A stretch of DNA of 64,000 bases from positions 23,376,001 to 23,440,000 of the forward strand of contig NC_058368.1 in assembly GCF_018350175.1 (NCBI RefSeq), read 5' to 3'. Positions within the stretch are counted from its first letter, which is position 1; every line of letters starts with the position of its first letter. The notes under the pieces are model-generated. The model saw only the letters and a program-made list of their open reading frames with translations, did no database searches and was not told where the DNA came from. Below are positions 47,543 to 60,650 of this stretch, piece after piece. The translations under genes and the position numbers were made by a program. This DNA comes from Felis catus. Its lineage: Eukaryota.

Positions 47543-49194
47543 AGATTAGTCTTAGTGCAAGCTGGCAGCTCAGTTTATCTTCCTTAAAAGACCATGCTCT
47601 TAATATCTGTACATGTTTCCTTCCTCTGGAAATGTGCACAGTGTGGGGTCTTCCTTCCTTTGTGCTAATTTTATGCCTTTTCTTGATGTGGCTAGTGGAG
47701 AGTGGTGGTCTGGTTTTGGATGTTAGCCCAGATCTAAACTGGGTCTTCTGAAAATACCTCAAAGTTCTAATACTTAAGACCCTTTCACCAAACTTGTCAC
47801 ATTCGGTAACATTTTCTTGAAGATTTAGTGTAGGTAAATTGTCAGTTTATTGTACCAATTCTTTAAATCCCTCTTGGTTAAGAGACCCATGCAGTTAAAG
47901 CAAATGTATTGAAACAGATTTTATACTTACTCAGTCATATAACAAAATTTCAGCCCAAACCAAGAACAGCCACTTAACCATTTTGAAGAGGTAATTTAGT
48001 TTCAGCTCAGCAATTTTGAAATAAGTACTTGTATAATAAAATTTAAATTATAGCAGCTCTTTTCTAGAAGTTACTGTGTATGTATTTATAACTTTATAAT
48101 ACATGCTATTATGGTTGATTTAATATTCTGTTATTTGCAACTGACATTAAATTCCTTCTGTTTATCTGACTTCTGGATTCATAAGTGTTAGTGACTTTTT
48201 GCTCATGTTTCATGTTCTTTCCTTTATATACTGAGTGAAAGGAGTGGCTTTGAGTCTAATTTGTAGCTGTGGTGATGATGTCTTCTTAACCCCCAGAATA
48301 TATTTAGGAAGGTGCACATGTAAATCATAGTTACATCTGAGGAATAAAAACACTAAAAAGAACAACATCGTTGGTGGTTGAACTGCAAAAGGTGGACTGA
48401 CGTGGGAGAGAGATCAGAAAGTTCTTTATTAGTACTTCTATAAGGTCACAACCAGATGGTTGGGTCATCTTTGGTTTAACCTTGAAACCAGTCTGTTTCT
48501 GGTGTTACCCTCTGTGCCCCACCTTTTTGTGCCTTTCTCTGCTCGGAGTGGATTTTTTTTTTTTTTTAATTCAGTTAACAGTTTCCTTCTAAACTAGATT
48601 TCTGAACTTACTTTTTCCTTTTACCTATACCTGCTGGTTTGGGACAATATTGTCTTAGCTTGATGAAGTTCTTGGCTATTGGTTGAAGATGCAGTAGGTT
48701 TTTTTGCCGTGTGCAGCAAAGTGACACAGGGTCGCTTTTCATTTGTCTGTCATGGGGTGGCTGGTCACTGGACAGAAGATTCCTGATTTTCACATTGGAG
48801 TGATTCTGAAGCAGAATGTGTATATGGCTAGAGGGTTGTGAGCACCAGGACAGCCTGTTCTCCGGTCTTCTCCCCTCAGGAGAAGACTCCTCATCATCCT
48901 GTAGCCCTCTCTGGGGAGTTCTGGATGTATTTGTGTTTCCCTATGTGTCTGATTTGATTTAAAAAAGAAAACACCTCACAAAACCTTATCAGTAAAAAGC
49001 TTTTCATGTTTAAAGCATTGGGATTATAACATTTCCCCATTTCATGACAGATGGTTTTGCTCTATGACCTTAAACGATCCCAAGCACTGGTGAGGGCATG
49101 CTAATATTCCCCTGTGACTTTACCTAATTTCCACGTTCCAAACAACACCATCCATCATACGTCTCTCCTGGTTCTTCTGGGAAAATACATGATG

Positions 49195-50030
49195 AGTACA
49201 TCAGTCAGGAGATAGAAACCATACAACTTGCATTGTTTTAACAGAGAGAATTTGGTATAGAGAATGGTTAATGATGTAAATGAAAGGCAAACTATGCTAA
49301 GTTATCATGGAGGTATCACGGAACAAAGAGAAGAGGTTGGAATTCTTGAAATTTAGAATGATGGAAAAGATGTCCCAAGGAGCAAAAACTCAGAATTCTG
49401 AGAAGGAGCCACTGCCTCATTGAGTCTGGTGTCTCTGAGCTTGGAGAAGGTGCTCTGACTTCTTTTTAAAAATTAAAAAAAAATTTTTGATAGAGAATGA
49501 ACAGGGGAGGGGCATAGAGAGAAGAAGACAGAGGATGCAAAGCAGTTTCTGCACTGTCAGCTCAGAGCCCAATGTGGGGATCGATGCCAGCCTTGAACTC
49601 ACACCATGTGATCATGACCTGAGCCAAACTCAGAAACTTAACTAACTAAGCCACCTAGGTGCACTAACGTGCTCTGACTTCTAAGGCAAGGACACTGGCT
49701 AGTGGGTGCTGACATCTCTGTGCTTGCAATGTGGCTGGATCCACAGCACTGGGTCCACTTGCTGCTTGGGTGGGAGCTGCTGCTGGGGTGACACAGGCAG
49801 GGGTAGCACAGGAAGCAAGAAGAAAATGCCAAAGAAGCAAACAGGAAGGAGCAAATCCCTTCTCCCTCCTCTAGCTTTGCAATCTCCCTGTCACCCTGGT
49901 ACTGGCAGGACCTGACAAGGAGGAGCAAGCAAGGGAGCAGATGGGGTGACAGAATCACACTTCAGCATCACACAGCCCAGGGTACAAGGGTGGGTTTGGA
50001 GTTGAGAGGTACAGCCTGACGTCTGGCATG
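49195..50030 (-). mobile_element. ERVL solo LTR (LTR41-like) containing a SINE
   Basis: GAAGCAAACAGGAAGGAGCAAATCCCTTCT...AAGGGTGGGTTTGGAGTTGAGAG matches recalled LTR41. Confidence 0.7.
49464..49665 (-). mobile_element. Can-SINE
   Basis: Perfect 14-bp TSD GTGCTCTGACTTCT at 49450-63 and 49669-82. Confidence 0.93.
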
Positions 50031-50266
50031 TTGAGCTATCGTTGTACAAATCCTTTCATTTGTAAAGGACTTCTATATGAGTTCTGTATTTTGAAAGCAA
50101 TAAGCATGCCACACATGAAGAATGACTGTGACCAAGGTATTTTATCACTTTCAAGCCATGCCTATAAAATGCTCCATAGATGTGCATTTTTTAAAAAGTG
50201 AGATCATTTTGCTAAACACAAGAAGTTCTATTTGTGGGTTATTTATGTAAGGACTATGTAACTTTA

Positions 50267-51021
50267 TGTGATGGTTTAAAAATATGTCCATGAATTCTTC
50301 AACACTCCTCCTTTTACGAGGTGCTGCCTAATTCCCCTACTGTCTTAACTCACCCTCCCCTTGCATGTGGGTGGACTTAGTTATTGGCTTCTAACACATC
50401 GAATGTTCCAGAAGTGTTGGTGTGTGACTTCTGAGCTGGGTTATAGTAGGCATTGCTGTTCCATCTTGTTCTCTTGGATGACTCCTGACAAGTGGGTAGC
50501 TCATCATCATGATGTGAGGACACTCAAGGTACCTGAGGAGAGGCTCATGTGGGGAGAACCTGAGGCTTCCTATTCACAATCAGCACCAGCTGCCAGGTAC
50601 GTGTGAGTGAGCCAGCTGGGCAGCAGGTCCTATGGCTCCATGGAAGCCTTTAGATGACAGCAGCTTTAGCTGCCATTTTGATTCTAACTCACAAGAGAAT
50701 CTGAGGCAGAGATACCTGTTTAAGCTGCTTCTAAATTCCTGAAGCTGAAAAATTTTATTGGTTAAAACCACTAAGTTTTTTTTTTAAAGTTTATTTATTT
50801 TTGAGAGAGAGAGCAGGGGATGGGCAGAGAGTGAGAGAGAATGAATCCCAGGCAGGCTCGGCATCATCAGCATGGAGCCTGTTGTGGGACCCGAACCCAT
50901 GAACCATGAGATCATGACCTGAGCTGAAACTGAGAGTTGGACACTTAACTGAGTCACCCCGTTGCCCCTAAAACCACTAAATTTTGAGGTAATTTGTTAT
51001 GCAGCAATATATCACTAATAT
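50267..51021 (+). mobile_element. MaLR solo LTR (MLT1F-like) containing a SINE
   Basis: TGTGATGGTTTAAAAATATGTCC...GGTAATTTGTTATGCAGCAATA. Confidence 0.85.
50776..50968 (-). mobile_element. Can-SINE
   Basis: TSD TAAAACCACTAA at 50763-74 and 50969-80. Confidence 0.93.
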
Positions 51022-53624
51022 GCTTTGGCTTTTGGAAAACAATGGGAATGATCAATGTTTTAAAAAGATTCAGAGTCCGCATTGGGTGGTCACCAGCTTT
51101 CTTGTTCAGGAGGTCTGCCTCTCATGACCTTGTCTTTTCCAGGCAGTCTCATGTAAATCCAGCACTGCCATCTATGTTTAGAAGCAAGCTTCTGGATTCC
51201 ACACCAAAGTTACAGAATGTTTGGCACCTAGCAGTTAGCCTAAGGAAAAAGAAGTATTTTCCAGGTGAAGCCATATGCTGTTGCTCTCAGGTGGTCATCA
51301 CCATCAGCACTATCATTGTTATTAAACATTCAGCTGCAGAGTGTCCATTTAAATGGGAGAAGCCCACCACAGTTCCCCAAAGGCAATTGCACACACCCTC
51401 AATTATTTATTTTAAAAATAACTATTTTCCTCTTGCCTTAAGTCCTTAATATCTGTAAGAGTGACCGTGCTTACGTTTGGATGATGTAGCCAGCATTTTA
51501 TGGGAACAGATACCACGTATCAAGGCCACAGCACTTTCTATGTCAGCCTTCCATTGAAAATGCTGCTGTCAACTCAGCCATTAGCTTCATTTTGCAAACT
51601 GATTCTCTTTGTAGTTACCCATGTTGGATGACAGAGTTTCGAAAGGGAAGAAGTGGAAGAAAGAAGTATGCCTGCTGAGATAATTGCACTCGTCCCTCTC
51701 TGCAGGACATAAAATATCTCCTTTATCTGTTCATTCCTCTAAGCATGCTACTTCAAAGTGCAGTTTGGGGAAGAACTCAAATGTTAAAAAGCCCAGATGA
51801 CATTTCCAGAGCAATACATTACCTAACTTTTGAGCTAGTGCAGGCAAGGTGACTGATGGCTGGTGGGCTGGTCATATGCCCAGAGAAGTGTCTAGTCATG
51901 CTTGAAAGGGATTCCTCTCAGGAGTCAGTGTGGGGATTTTGAAACTGTGATTTGTTTGCTACGGAACAAGCCAACCATGGCTCCTTCACGCAACGCTTGT
52001 GTTCTATGCAGCTAGAGGTGAAGCAAGGGTGTGTTTTCTTCTTTCTCATCCTCAAGTTTGAGTGGCGCTTAGTTTGCTGTTTGAGCAGGAATATTAGCTT
52101 CCTTTCAGATGCAGGTGTCAGGAGATGAGAACTCTTACTTTCCCAGCTCTTTCTTACAAAGGAATGTTGATGCCATCTTCTGTGATACAACTCCTCCTTT
52201 TGACTATAGGGATTTTGTTGGGAGGTAACATGGATAGTTATTTTCAGTCTAATATGATATGAGGCTAGGAAGGAGGCAGGAGGGGACAGTGCTCATGGGA
52301 GAGGAAAAAGAGGCCAGGAGAGAAAGGCAGAAATGAGAGATTTGGAATTGCGATCTGGGGTTAAAAGAACAGCTATGGAGGGGCCAGCTTCTGTGTTAAG
52401 TGTTTTCAAGGCCTGTGCAATGAACAGAGGTGTGTGGAGCCCTCCCCTACCATTCTGCACACCATCATACCCGAATCTCCCCCCAAGTGTGATCTTGAAC
52501 AACCTCATCCCACCTCCTGGCCTTGCTCACTGCCTTCCATTTTGGAAATACCAGTGAGAAGAAGTCTGGTTATATGTCCAGGTTAGCACGAAAATAAGGC
52601 TAGTTTTCTTTAAGAAAATAAAGGAAATAAAACAGCCTTTGATTATTGGATAGGAGTACCCCCTTCAGGGCAAAGCCAAACTCCTTCTGTTTTCATGATA
52701 CCTCAATGGCTTCTGTTTTAAGAGACCTCATAAATGCGGCCTCATGGGAAGGGGTTGGAAATACTAGAGATGATTTAAAAAGTGGGGAGTGTTGAACAGT
52801 TTAATTATCTACCATAAATATTATTAATATTATGGTTAAAAATGCTTTCCTTCAAAGAGACTGCACTTTTGAGGAACAATTTCTATGGAGTTTGGATAAG
52901 CAGGGGAGATGTGTGAGACAGGGTCCTAGGGGCTACTAGGGAAGCATTTTTATTAAAATTATGATGGTAGTAATACAGGCTTCAATTTCAAAAGGTAGAG
53001 GGTATGTTAGAAGGAAGAAGGCTTGTCATTCCTTATCACCAGGTAAGGAGCTGAGCATTTCATATGCCTGAATATATTTGTCTAATTGAAAAAAAATCAT
53101 TTTGGAAATAAGACTTTTTATTTCAGAGTTTCTCTTATATCCAGGCTAGTAAGATTTAGTCTTTAATGATGGCTCTTCTCTGAGTTCTAGAAATATTCTT
53201 GAAGTATGGATTTGTACTAATCTGCAAGGTATTGCTAGATAATCCTTCCAACTGGTGTCCTGCTTCCCTGAGGCATTTCCAACTTTAAAATCACTTTCTC
53301 CTTTTCACTAAAGATGTGTTTGGTATTGCAGGGGTATTATAACTGCTGAGATATTAGCCTTCTTTCTAACTACTCTGGTGGGTGGTAACCTATAGAAGTC
53401 CTTGTGTATATTTAATTTTTACTGGGATTGAGGCATTATAATGAGCTTCTGGAATTTCCTCATATGCACTATAGTTAATACTTTTAGAAATATTTTCACC
53501 ATTTTTTTTATTCAAATGGAACATAAATTATCTTAACCACTGAAGAACTTAGAATAAACCCTGGTAAAACAGATATATATGTTCCTGAATTTATTATCCT
53601 AGTACCTTGTGGAAAATATCTACT

Positions 53625-54012
53625 CTGGAAGAGACTTCTAATAGGCTCCCAAATCCAGTGCCCTTCTCTTTCCAGGAACATGGGAGGATTGTACTTTCTT
53701 TCTGCGTTGCAGTTGGCTAAGTAGTTATTGCCACCGAGTTGTGAGTGGAAGAAACATGTGTCACTTCAGGGTTAGAACACTTACTTGCTGGTGTGTGACC
53801 CTCCAGCTCTGCCTGTTCCTTGCAGTGGTGTGCCCTGAGTCATGGTGGAGAAATGGCGGCGTCTCTCGATGCAATGACCACATGAAACAAAACTGATCTG
53901 CCAATCTATGCTGGGCGTCTGGTATGAGTGAAAAATAAACTTTTGTAGTTTTAAGCCTCTGAAATTTCTGGGATTCTTTGTTAGTGCAGCATAGCCTAAC
54001 CTATTCTAACAA
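53625..54012 (+). mobile_element. MaLR LTR (MLT1I/J-like)
   Basis: GTGAGTGGAAGAAACATGTGTCACTTC...AAATAAACTTTTGTAGTTTTAAGCCTCTGAAATTT. Confidence 0.75.
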
Positions 54013-54039
54013 CCATATGCTTCTTCACAAATATACACC

Positions 54040-55128
54040 AATGATGGCCTACCAACAAGTCTGGCATGCTGCCTAGTTTCAACAATTTAATTTTTTTTGT
54101 GTTTCTTTTATTATGGTAAAATATGTTTAATACAAATTTTACCATTTTAACTATGTTTACATGTACATTCAGTGGTGTTAAGTACATTCCCATTGTTGTG
54201 CGGCCATCACCATCTTCCACCCCTAGAACTCGTTCATCCTCCCAATCTGAAAATTAGTAGCTGTTCAGTGAAACTTCCATTCCTCCCTCCTCCCAACTCC
54301 TAGGAATCTCTGTTTGACTTTCTGTCTCTGAATTTGCCTTTTCTAGGTACTTTATGTAAGTGGATAATACAATATTTATCCTTTTGTACCTGGCTTATTT
54401 CACTTAGTATAACATCCTTAAAGTTCATCCATGTTGTATAGCATGTTGGAATCTCCTTCTTTTTGTAAAGATTGAATAATATTCCATTGTGTGCATATAA
54501 TACATCTGTTTATCCATTCATCTGTTGATGGATATTTGGGTTGTTCCCATCTTTTGGTTCTTGCAAATAATGCTCCTTGCTTCAATTTTTGGGGGGTATA
54601 TACCTAGAAGGAGTATTGCTCATATGGTAATTCTATGTTTAAGTGTTTTGAGGAGTCATCATACTGTTTTCTACAGTGGCTGCATCGTTTTACATTCCTG
54701 CAAGCAATGCATGAGGTTTCTCCACATCTTTGCCAACATTTGCTATTTTCTGTTTTTTTTAATTAATTTTTAAAATAACAGCCATACTAATGGGTGTGAA
54801 GTGGTATCTAGTGGCTTTGATTTGCATTTTACTAATGGTTAGTTTTGCTGAGCATCATTTTATGGTCATTTGTATATCTCCTTTGGAGAAATGTCTATTC
54901 AAGTCCTTTGCTCATTTTTGGATCAGGTTGTTGATGTTTCTGTTGAGTTGTTGCTGCCTATTTTTGTAAATAAAGTTTTATTGAAACGCAGCCATTCATT
55001 TACATGCTTTTTATGGGTGCCATTGTGCTATAGCAGCAGAGCTGAATAGTTGTGATAGAAGCTGAATGGCCCACAAAGCTTAATACATTTACTATATGAC
55101 CTTTTACAGAAAAATTTTGCCAACTGTA
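54040..55128. mobile_element. MER58A-like hAT element split by L1
   Basis: TTTTGTAAATAAAGTTTTATTGAAAC...TGGCCCACAAAGC...TTTACAGAAAA. TGCTGCCTA duplicated either side of the L1. Confidence 0.75.
54082..54950 (-). mobile_element. L1MB-like 3' end
   Basis: AAATTTACCATTTTAAC...TGGCTTATTTCACTTAG...GGAGAAATGTCTATTCAAGTCCTTTGC. Confidence 0.9.
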
Positions 55129-55371
55129 GAACAGTAGAGCTTCTATTTCCACTTTTCCCAGGAAACCTGGCACGTATACTCTCCTTGTTACTCTTCCTTG
55201 TTCCTCCTCCCTACCCTTAACCTCAAGATGTGAGACTTACTTCATTGGTCAAAGCTGTAAAGAAAGGTAAATTTAGGAGTTGGGAAGGAAAATGGAAATT
55301 ATAGGAAGGACAATATTTCAAGGTTGTGAGGTGAAAATGTGGAAATGGGACTTTACAATGTTTATTTTTTA

Positions 55372-55630
55372 TGTTAATATTTATTCATTACCTTTAATGT
55401 GCTAGGTACTGCTAAGTATTTTGCATGCATAATAACATTTAATTATCAGACCATATCTCTGAGATATGTGTTCTTATTAACCTTATTTTTTAAATGAAGG
55501 CATTGAGGGGTGTGGGTTTTTTGTTTTTTGTTTTTTTTTTTACCTCAAGTTATATTGTAAGTGACTGAGTCAGGATTTGAACTCAGGACAACCTAGCTCT
55601 AGAGTCTCAGCCACTCAGTCATTATGCTGA
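55372..55630 (-). mobile_element. MIR
   Basis: AATATTTATT...GTGCTAGGTACTGCTAAG...CAGGATTTGAACTCAGG. Confidence 0.7.
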
Positions 55631-55778
55631 GCAGAAACAAGTTACATGTGGAAACAGGGAGCTAAGTGGGTTGGAGAAGAGATTGTATATTGGAAAGTAG
55701 AGGTAAGGAAGGTAAATGTCATAGCTTGGAACTAAATTTCAGGTGGTCTTGAATGCCAGGCTATGGATTTTGGACTTT

Positions 55779-55828
55779 ATCTGAGAACTGCGGGCACCTC
55801 AGTTCTTAGATGAGAACTGCGGGCACCT
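55779..55828. repeat. 18-bp perfect direct repeat with an inverted spacer
   Basis: TGAGAACTGCGGGCACCT at 55782-99 and 55811-28. The spacer is the reverse complement of 55779-90 (11/12). Confidence 0.9.
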
Positions 55829-56498
55829 TTACAACTTTATATAGAGTTGTAAAAAATTGAGGATGTGAGGTGAGGTAAGGCAGAGGGAGTGCTTGGCAGG
55901 CTGTGGCAGTATAATCTAGCACAATGATAAAGGCTTCAACTAGGATGCTATAAATTTTAAAGTGGATAATAAAAAGCCATGAATCTGTTTTCTTAGAGTA
56001 ATGCCCTCTAAAGGAGTTTCTAGGTTAAATTTAGAGGAGAATGTAGGTCTCCCCTCTCTTTTCTCTCTGTGACCTTGGCTGAATTTTTCATCTACCGTGG
56101 AGAATGCTGGGAGATATGCCATAATAAAATTGGAAAATGGGAAATATCATCCCCTGAAGTGCCTTTGCCTATGGCCTTTCTTGAGGCTTGTGGGGACTTT
56201 CTTAATGCACATAGGAACTGAAAACTTTAATTTAATCTCCTAGTTACTAATAAATTGCAATCTTCCTTTATTCTTCATGATGGATAGGGCTCTGTTTATA
56301 GTACTTCTACTAGTTTTGATAGATAAACAGAAGACCTCTTAATTTATTCTGAAGAAGTCTAGATCAGGAATAAATCAAACCTTTGTTACCACAAATACAT
56401 ATTTGAGAGTTGGAGGCCTGTCTACATTCAGAAAGTCTTCTGGTTTTATGAAAGGTCCAGGAACATTTAAGTTCATTTAAAATGGAACATTCACAATA

Positions 56499-57090
56499 GA
56501 GTCAATTCTCATGATTCACAGTAGTCGTGTTCTCCGTGAACACAGAGTTAGCAAATAATGAATGTTGGCTCCTGGGGGAATGCAGGATAAGTTCCTGTGA
56601 GCCTCTGGTCACAATATTTTCATTAATAGATCAATATATAAACTTGTTTTATGTGTATGCCTGTTTAAAGACACCTTATTTAATATAGATAGTTGATTCG
56701 TTTATATGGCCAATAGCACTATAACTCATGCCTGAATGAAGCTTATGTAACACGTGTGTTTTCTCCATAAGGTACATCACAGCCTTCTCTACTTAGGAAC
56801 ACTAGACAGCACGTCAGCATCCCAATGATTGGGAGTCATTTTCACACAAAAATGTGAAAGTGTGGCATTAAGTAGAGAGCATAAAGGACATCTACCTCCA
56901 GTATGTGAGCTGGAGTAAGAAGGTGCAGCACCAGCTAGGAACACTAGGAACATGTGAATCAGGTGACTCGAAGTTTTTGCCACTCTGCACATTTTTATAA
57001 ATGACCACAAGAGCCCCCCCAAATATTGATTTTGGGGTTACAAAGAATTTGCAAACATGGAATCCATGAATAATGAATGAAGATTGACTG
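56499..57090. mobile_element. MER82-like Tigger non-autonomous DNA transposon
   Basis: TA|GAGTCAATTCTCAT ... ATGAAGATTGACTG|TA TIRs with TA TSD; internal GTTCCTGTGAGCCTCTGGTCACAA. Confidence 0.8.
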
Positions 57091-57429
57091 TACATGATGA
57101 ATGAGTGGAGTTATTTATATAACCAAAGTTTAATTTGGTTAACCATGTGCTAAACTATGCTCAGTTAACCCCTGTCTGAAGAAATCCTTGATCCCACACT
57201 GTTCTGCTCTGATTTGTAGGGAGAAAGCAACAATTGGATGACGTGCTTGCCTTGCAAATTTAAACCCTGCATGACAGCAAAGACCCTTTCACCAGTCCAA
57301 GTGAGAGAACACCAGCCAGTCGATGGCTAACCCATATTTCCCTTTAAGTAGTGAGAACTCACAACAGACTTAACCTCCTTTTGCCTCCCATGTATCATGT
57401 AAAACAGCATGTGAAACACAGAGGGTTTT

Positions 57430-57650
57430 TTTTATGTTTTATTTATTTTTGGGAGAGATATAGAGTGCAAGTGGGAGAGGGGCAGAGAGAGAGGGAGACA
57501 GAATCTGAAGCAGGCTCCAGGCTCTGAGCTGTCAGCACAGAGCCCGATGCGGGGCTCAAACCCACAAACTGTGAGACTATGACCTGAGCTGAAGTCAGAT
57601 GCTTAAGCGACTGAGCCACCCACATGCCTTGAAACACCACCCAGGTGCCT
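57430..57650 (-). mobile_element. Can-SINE with a duplicated 5' junction
   Basis: 18-bp TSD TGAAACACAGAGGGTTTT at 57412-29 and 57651-68. Confidence 0.94.
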
Positions 57651-58530
57651 TGAAACACAGAGGGTTTTAATCTTGAGACAGGACTTCCACCCTAGGAGAA
57701 TCAAGAACACAAGGGATTGCCAAAGCTAACCTTACATTCCTCCCAAGACAAGGCCATCAATCAAACAGCCTGCAAAGGAGGATGCTGTTTGATGCAGCCA
57801 GGGGATTACACTCAGGCACAGAGAGGCCAGGAAGTCTAATCTGGGTCCTGCTTATACGCCTCCATGAATTAAATTCATAGGTGAAAGCCAGAGAGGTAGG
57901 AAGAATAATTTAGCTGGTTAATTGTAAAGTTTGATTCATCTTTGCAAGCTATCTAAGCTACCCCCACTTGAGTAGTGAGAACACTGAGGTCATTTCAAAC
58001 TTTGGAAGCAATTGCCAAACAAGGAACTGAGTTCCCAAAGCCCCTAGGTCCAAGATGCCCTGTCTAACACCATGGAGAGACCTTGAATTCAAGGTCCCGT
58101 CTCAGACCTCCTGCACTCCCCTGGCACCCAGTGGTGACATCCCTTCTACCAACTCAGACCTGTCCTCCAATGCTCCATTGCAATCTGTGAGGCAGCCTCT
58201 TTACTGCTGTGTCCCTGCAGGGAAGCCTGACTCCTTAGGCTTTCTCCTGGTCTTTTTCCATGCTGTCCTAAGTCTTGATTAAAGTGTAGTAGCAAGTACT
58301 GTCGTTGGAAGTTCTGAGGAGTTGGAAGTGGCAGCAGAAAACAAGGCACTTCCACAGAAGCCACAGATATTTTAAGGTGCAGCATATACTACCTGGAGCA
58401 GGCTGAGCAAGATGGGGTTGTTTGGTGTTGGAGCAGAGAGAGCCTCCTGGGCTATTAGAGTGTTTATTCCTGGTGCAATAATTGATAACCATAATGGCAG
58501 TTCTGCCATTCAGGAAGTGTAAAATTATTA

Positions 58531-58742
58531 TTTTTTTTAATTGTTTTTAAAGTTTATTTATTTTGAGAGAGAGTATGAGCAGGGGAGGTGCAGAGAGAGA
58601 GGGAGAGAAAGAGAATCCAAAGCAGGCCCTGTGCCACCAACACACAGCCTGATGTAGGACTTGAACCCATGAACCATGAGATCAAGACCTGAGCTGAAAC
58701 CAAGAGTTGGTCCCTTAACGACTGAGCCACCCAAGTTCCCCC
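58531..58742 (-). mobile_element. Can-SINE
   Basis: TSD AGTGT(A/G)AAATTAT. Confidence 0.93.
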
Positions 58743-59049
58743 AGTTAGTGTGAAATTATGTTTAGACACACCCCCAAATAGGACATAGAGGTAAAGCATT
58801 TCAGTAAAGACTGTCAGAAGAGTGGTAAAAATACAGTAAGCTTTAGCACTTCTAGAGAAAGCTTATCTACAAAATTCAGGTCTGTGCAATTTCTGGATGA
58901 TGTTAGGCAAATAGGACTTAATCAATTTCAGATGAGTTGCTTGGTTCACAGCCTTCCGGGTTCATGCATATTTCTATTCTAGGTAGAAAGAATGATAGCA
59001 AAGTTGCTCAAATGAGAGAACCTGCATGAAGGAGCATGACAGGCTTTTG

Positions 59050-59590
59050 GTTACTGCCCCAACAGCCAGGTCCCACTTTGTTCTCTCAAGATGGCTCTGA
59101 TGAAGGCCACCATCTCAGAAAATATCAGATAATTTTCTGGTCTTCCTTGCAGCTAGGGGTCAGCATATGACTGACATATGACTAATGAAATGCAAGGGAA
59201 AGTCCGTTGGGAAGTTTCTGGAAAAGCTTTCCTCTTGGATTAAAAAAAAAAAAAAAAAACAACAAAAAAAACAACTGAACAATACAGAGACCTATCAGGA
59301 AAGTCCTCTTACTGTCCATGTGCCCCAGCGGCCTCCCCTCCTGCCTTTGCACTGCGTTGTGATTAAATTCACTATAGCCCTCTTGCTGTCACAAAGGGAT
59401 CCACCACTCTTGCACCAAAAATGGCAGGTGGGAGAGGTGGAGAAGTCCTGAATCCTTGATGACACATTGAATCCCTGAGCCAACCTTGGCACCACCTTTA
59501 TTCAGGTTTCTTATTATGTGAAAGAATCAAAACTCCTAAAGAGTTCTTTTGGGTATTCTGATATGTCCATCTATAAATCTCTCAAATGAT
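59050..59590 (+). mobile_element. Old MaLR LTR (MLT1K-like)
   Basis: TCCTTGCAGCTAGGGGTCAGCATATGACT...TCTGGAAAAGCTTTCCT...TCCTTGATGACAC. Confidence 0.55.
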
Positions 59591-60438
59591 CAGGGCAGGA
59601 GGAGACTTCCTTTTAAGGTTTGGTGCTGCATTTGATACTTGGAACACACTTGAAAAGCAAAGAAACTGAGGGGCAAGTTGCAGAGAAAATCGTGTGTGTA
59701 GACTGGTTAGATTAAGTTGTTAATGAGGTCGGGGTGGAGCTGATTTTCTGAGCGATTTGGCTGGTGTCGACATTTCACGGTCACCAACTGAACCCTTAAT
59801 GCTGTCAACAACAGCACCACCACCACCACGATGGTGATAGCTAACATTTTACTGAGTCCTTACACTGAGTACTGATACTGTTCTAGGACCTTTACAGTTA
59901 AGAACTTACTGATTTTGCCAGTAACCCTATCAGGTCTCCAAGGTGGCCCCCAATGGTCCCCAGTTCCTGGTGTTCACACCATCATGTCCTTAGTCCCCAC
60001 GTTGTACCAGGGTTGGTTTGTGTGACCAACAGCATAGGGCAGGAGGACTGGGTGTCGCTTTGGATTAGATGATAAAACACTGCTTCCTTCTTGGGGAAGA
60101 ACTGAGGACCCCAGTTGGTGTTTTTGTAGACATGTATTATTTGATCACTTGGGTGGGGTGGTCCCCAGTGTGCAGGAAGTGGTATAAATCCATCCCTTGT
60201 ATGAGAATAAGCTCTCTGCCCACAGTGGGTTGGCAGGATCACCTTTCTGTATCAAGGACGCTGTGTACGTAGAACTCAGCCCAGTCAGAATCACTCCCTC
60301 ATTAAATCGGTGACTTCAAAGTCTAGTGTGGATCCAAAGCGTGAGCTCAGTAGCTCCCTCAGTCTGGTATCTTGTGCCTGTCAAGGATTTGGACTTGTGT
60401 AGAGGACAAAGAAAATTTGTTTAAAATAGGGGGTTACA

Positions 60439-60650
60439 AGGGCGCCTGGGTGGCGCAGTTGGTTAAGCATCCGACTTCAGCCAGGTCACGATCTCGCGGT
60501 CCGAGAGTTCGAGCCGCGCGTCAGGCTCTGGGCTGATGGCTCAGAGCCTGGAGCCTGTTTCTGATTCTGTGTCTCCCTCTCTCTCTGCCCCTCCCCTGTT
60601 CATGCTCTGTCTCTCTCTGTCCCAAAAATAAATAAACGTTGAAAATAAAA
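60439..60650 (+). mobile_element. Young felid Can-SINE (SINEC_Fc-type)
   Basis: CpG-rich body. Perfect 17-bp TSD TAAAATAGGGGGTTACA at 60422-38 and 60651-67. Confidence 0.97.

Noticed and set aside
48865..48887. 9-bp hairpin GTCTTCTCC/GGAGAAGAC
   Set aside because: A few such stems are expected by chance in 64 kb.
50994..51449. 151-aa ORF
   Set aside because: Non-ATG start inside an MLT1 LTR end, no recognisable domain, composition like random DNA.
57760..57793. 10-bp hairpin ATCAAACAGC/GCTGTTTGAT
   Set aside because: Too short for a pre-miRNA, and about one is expected by chance.
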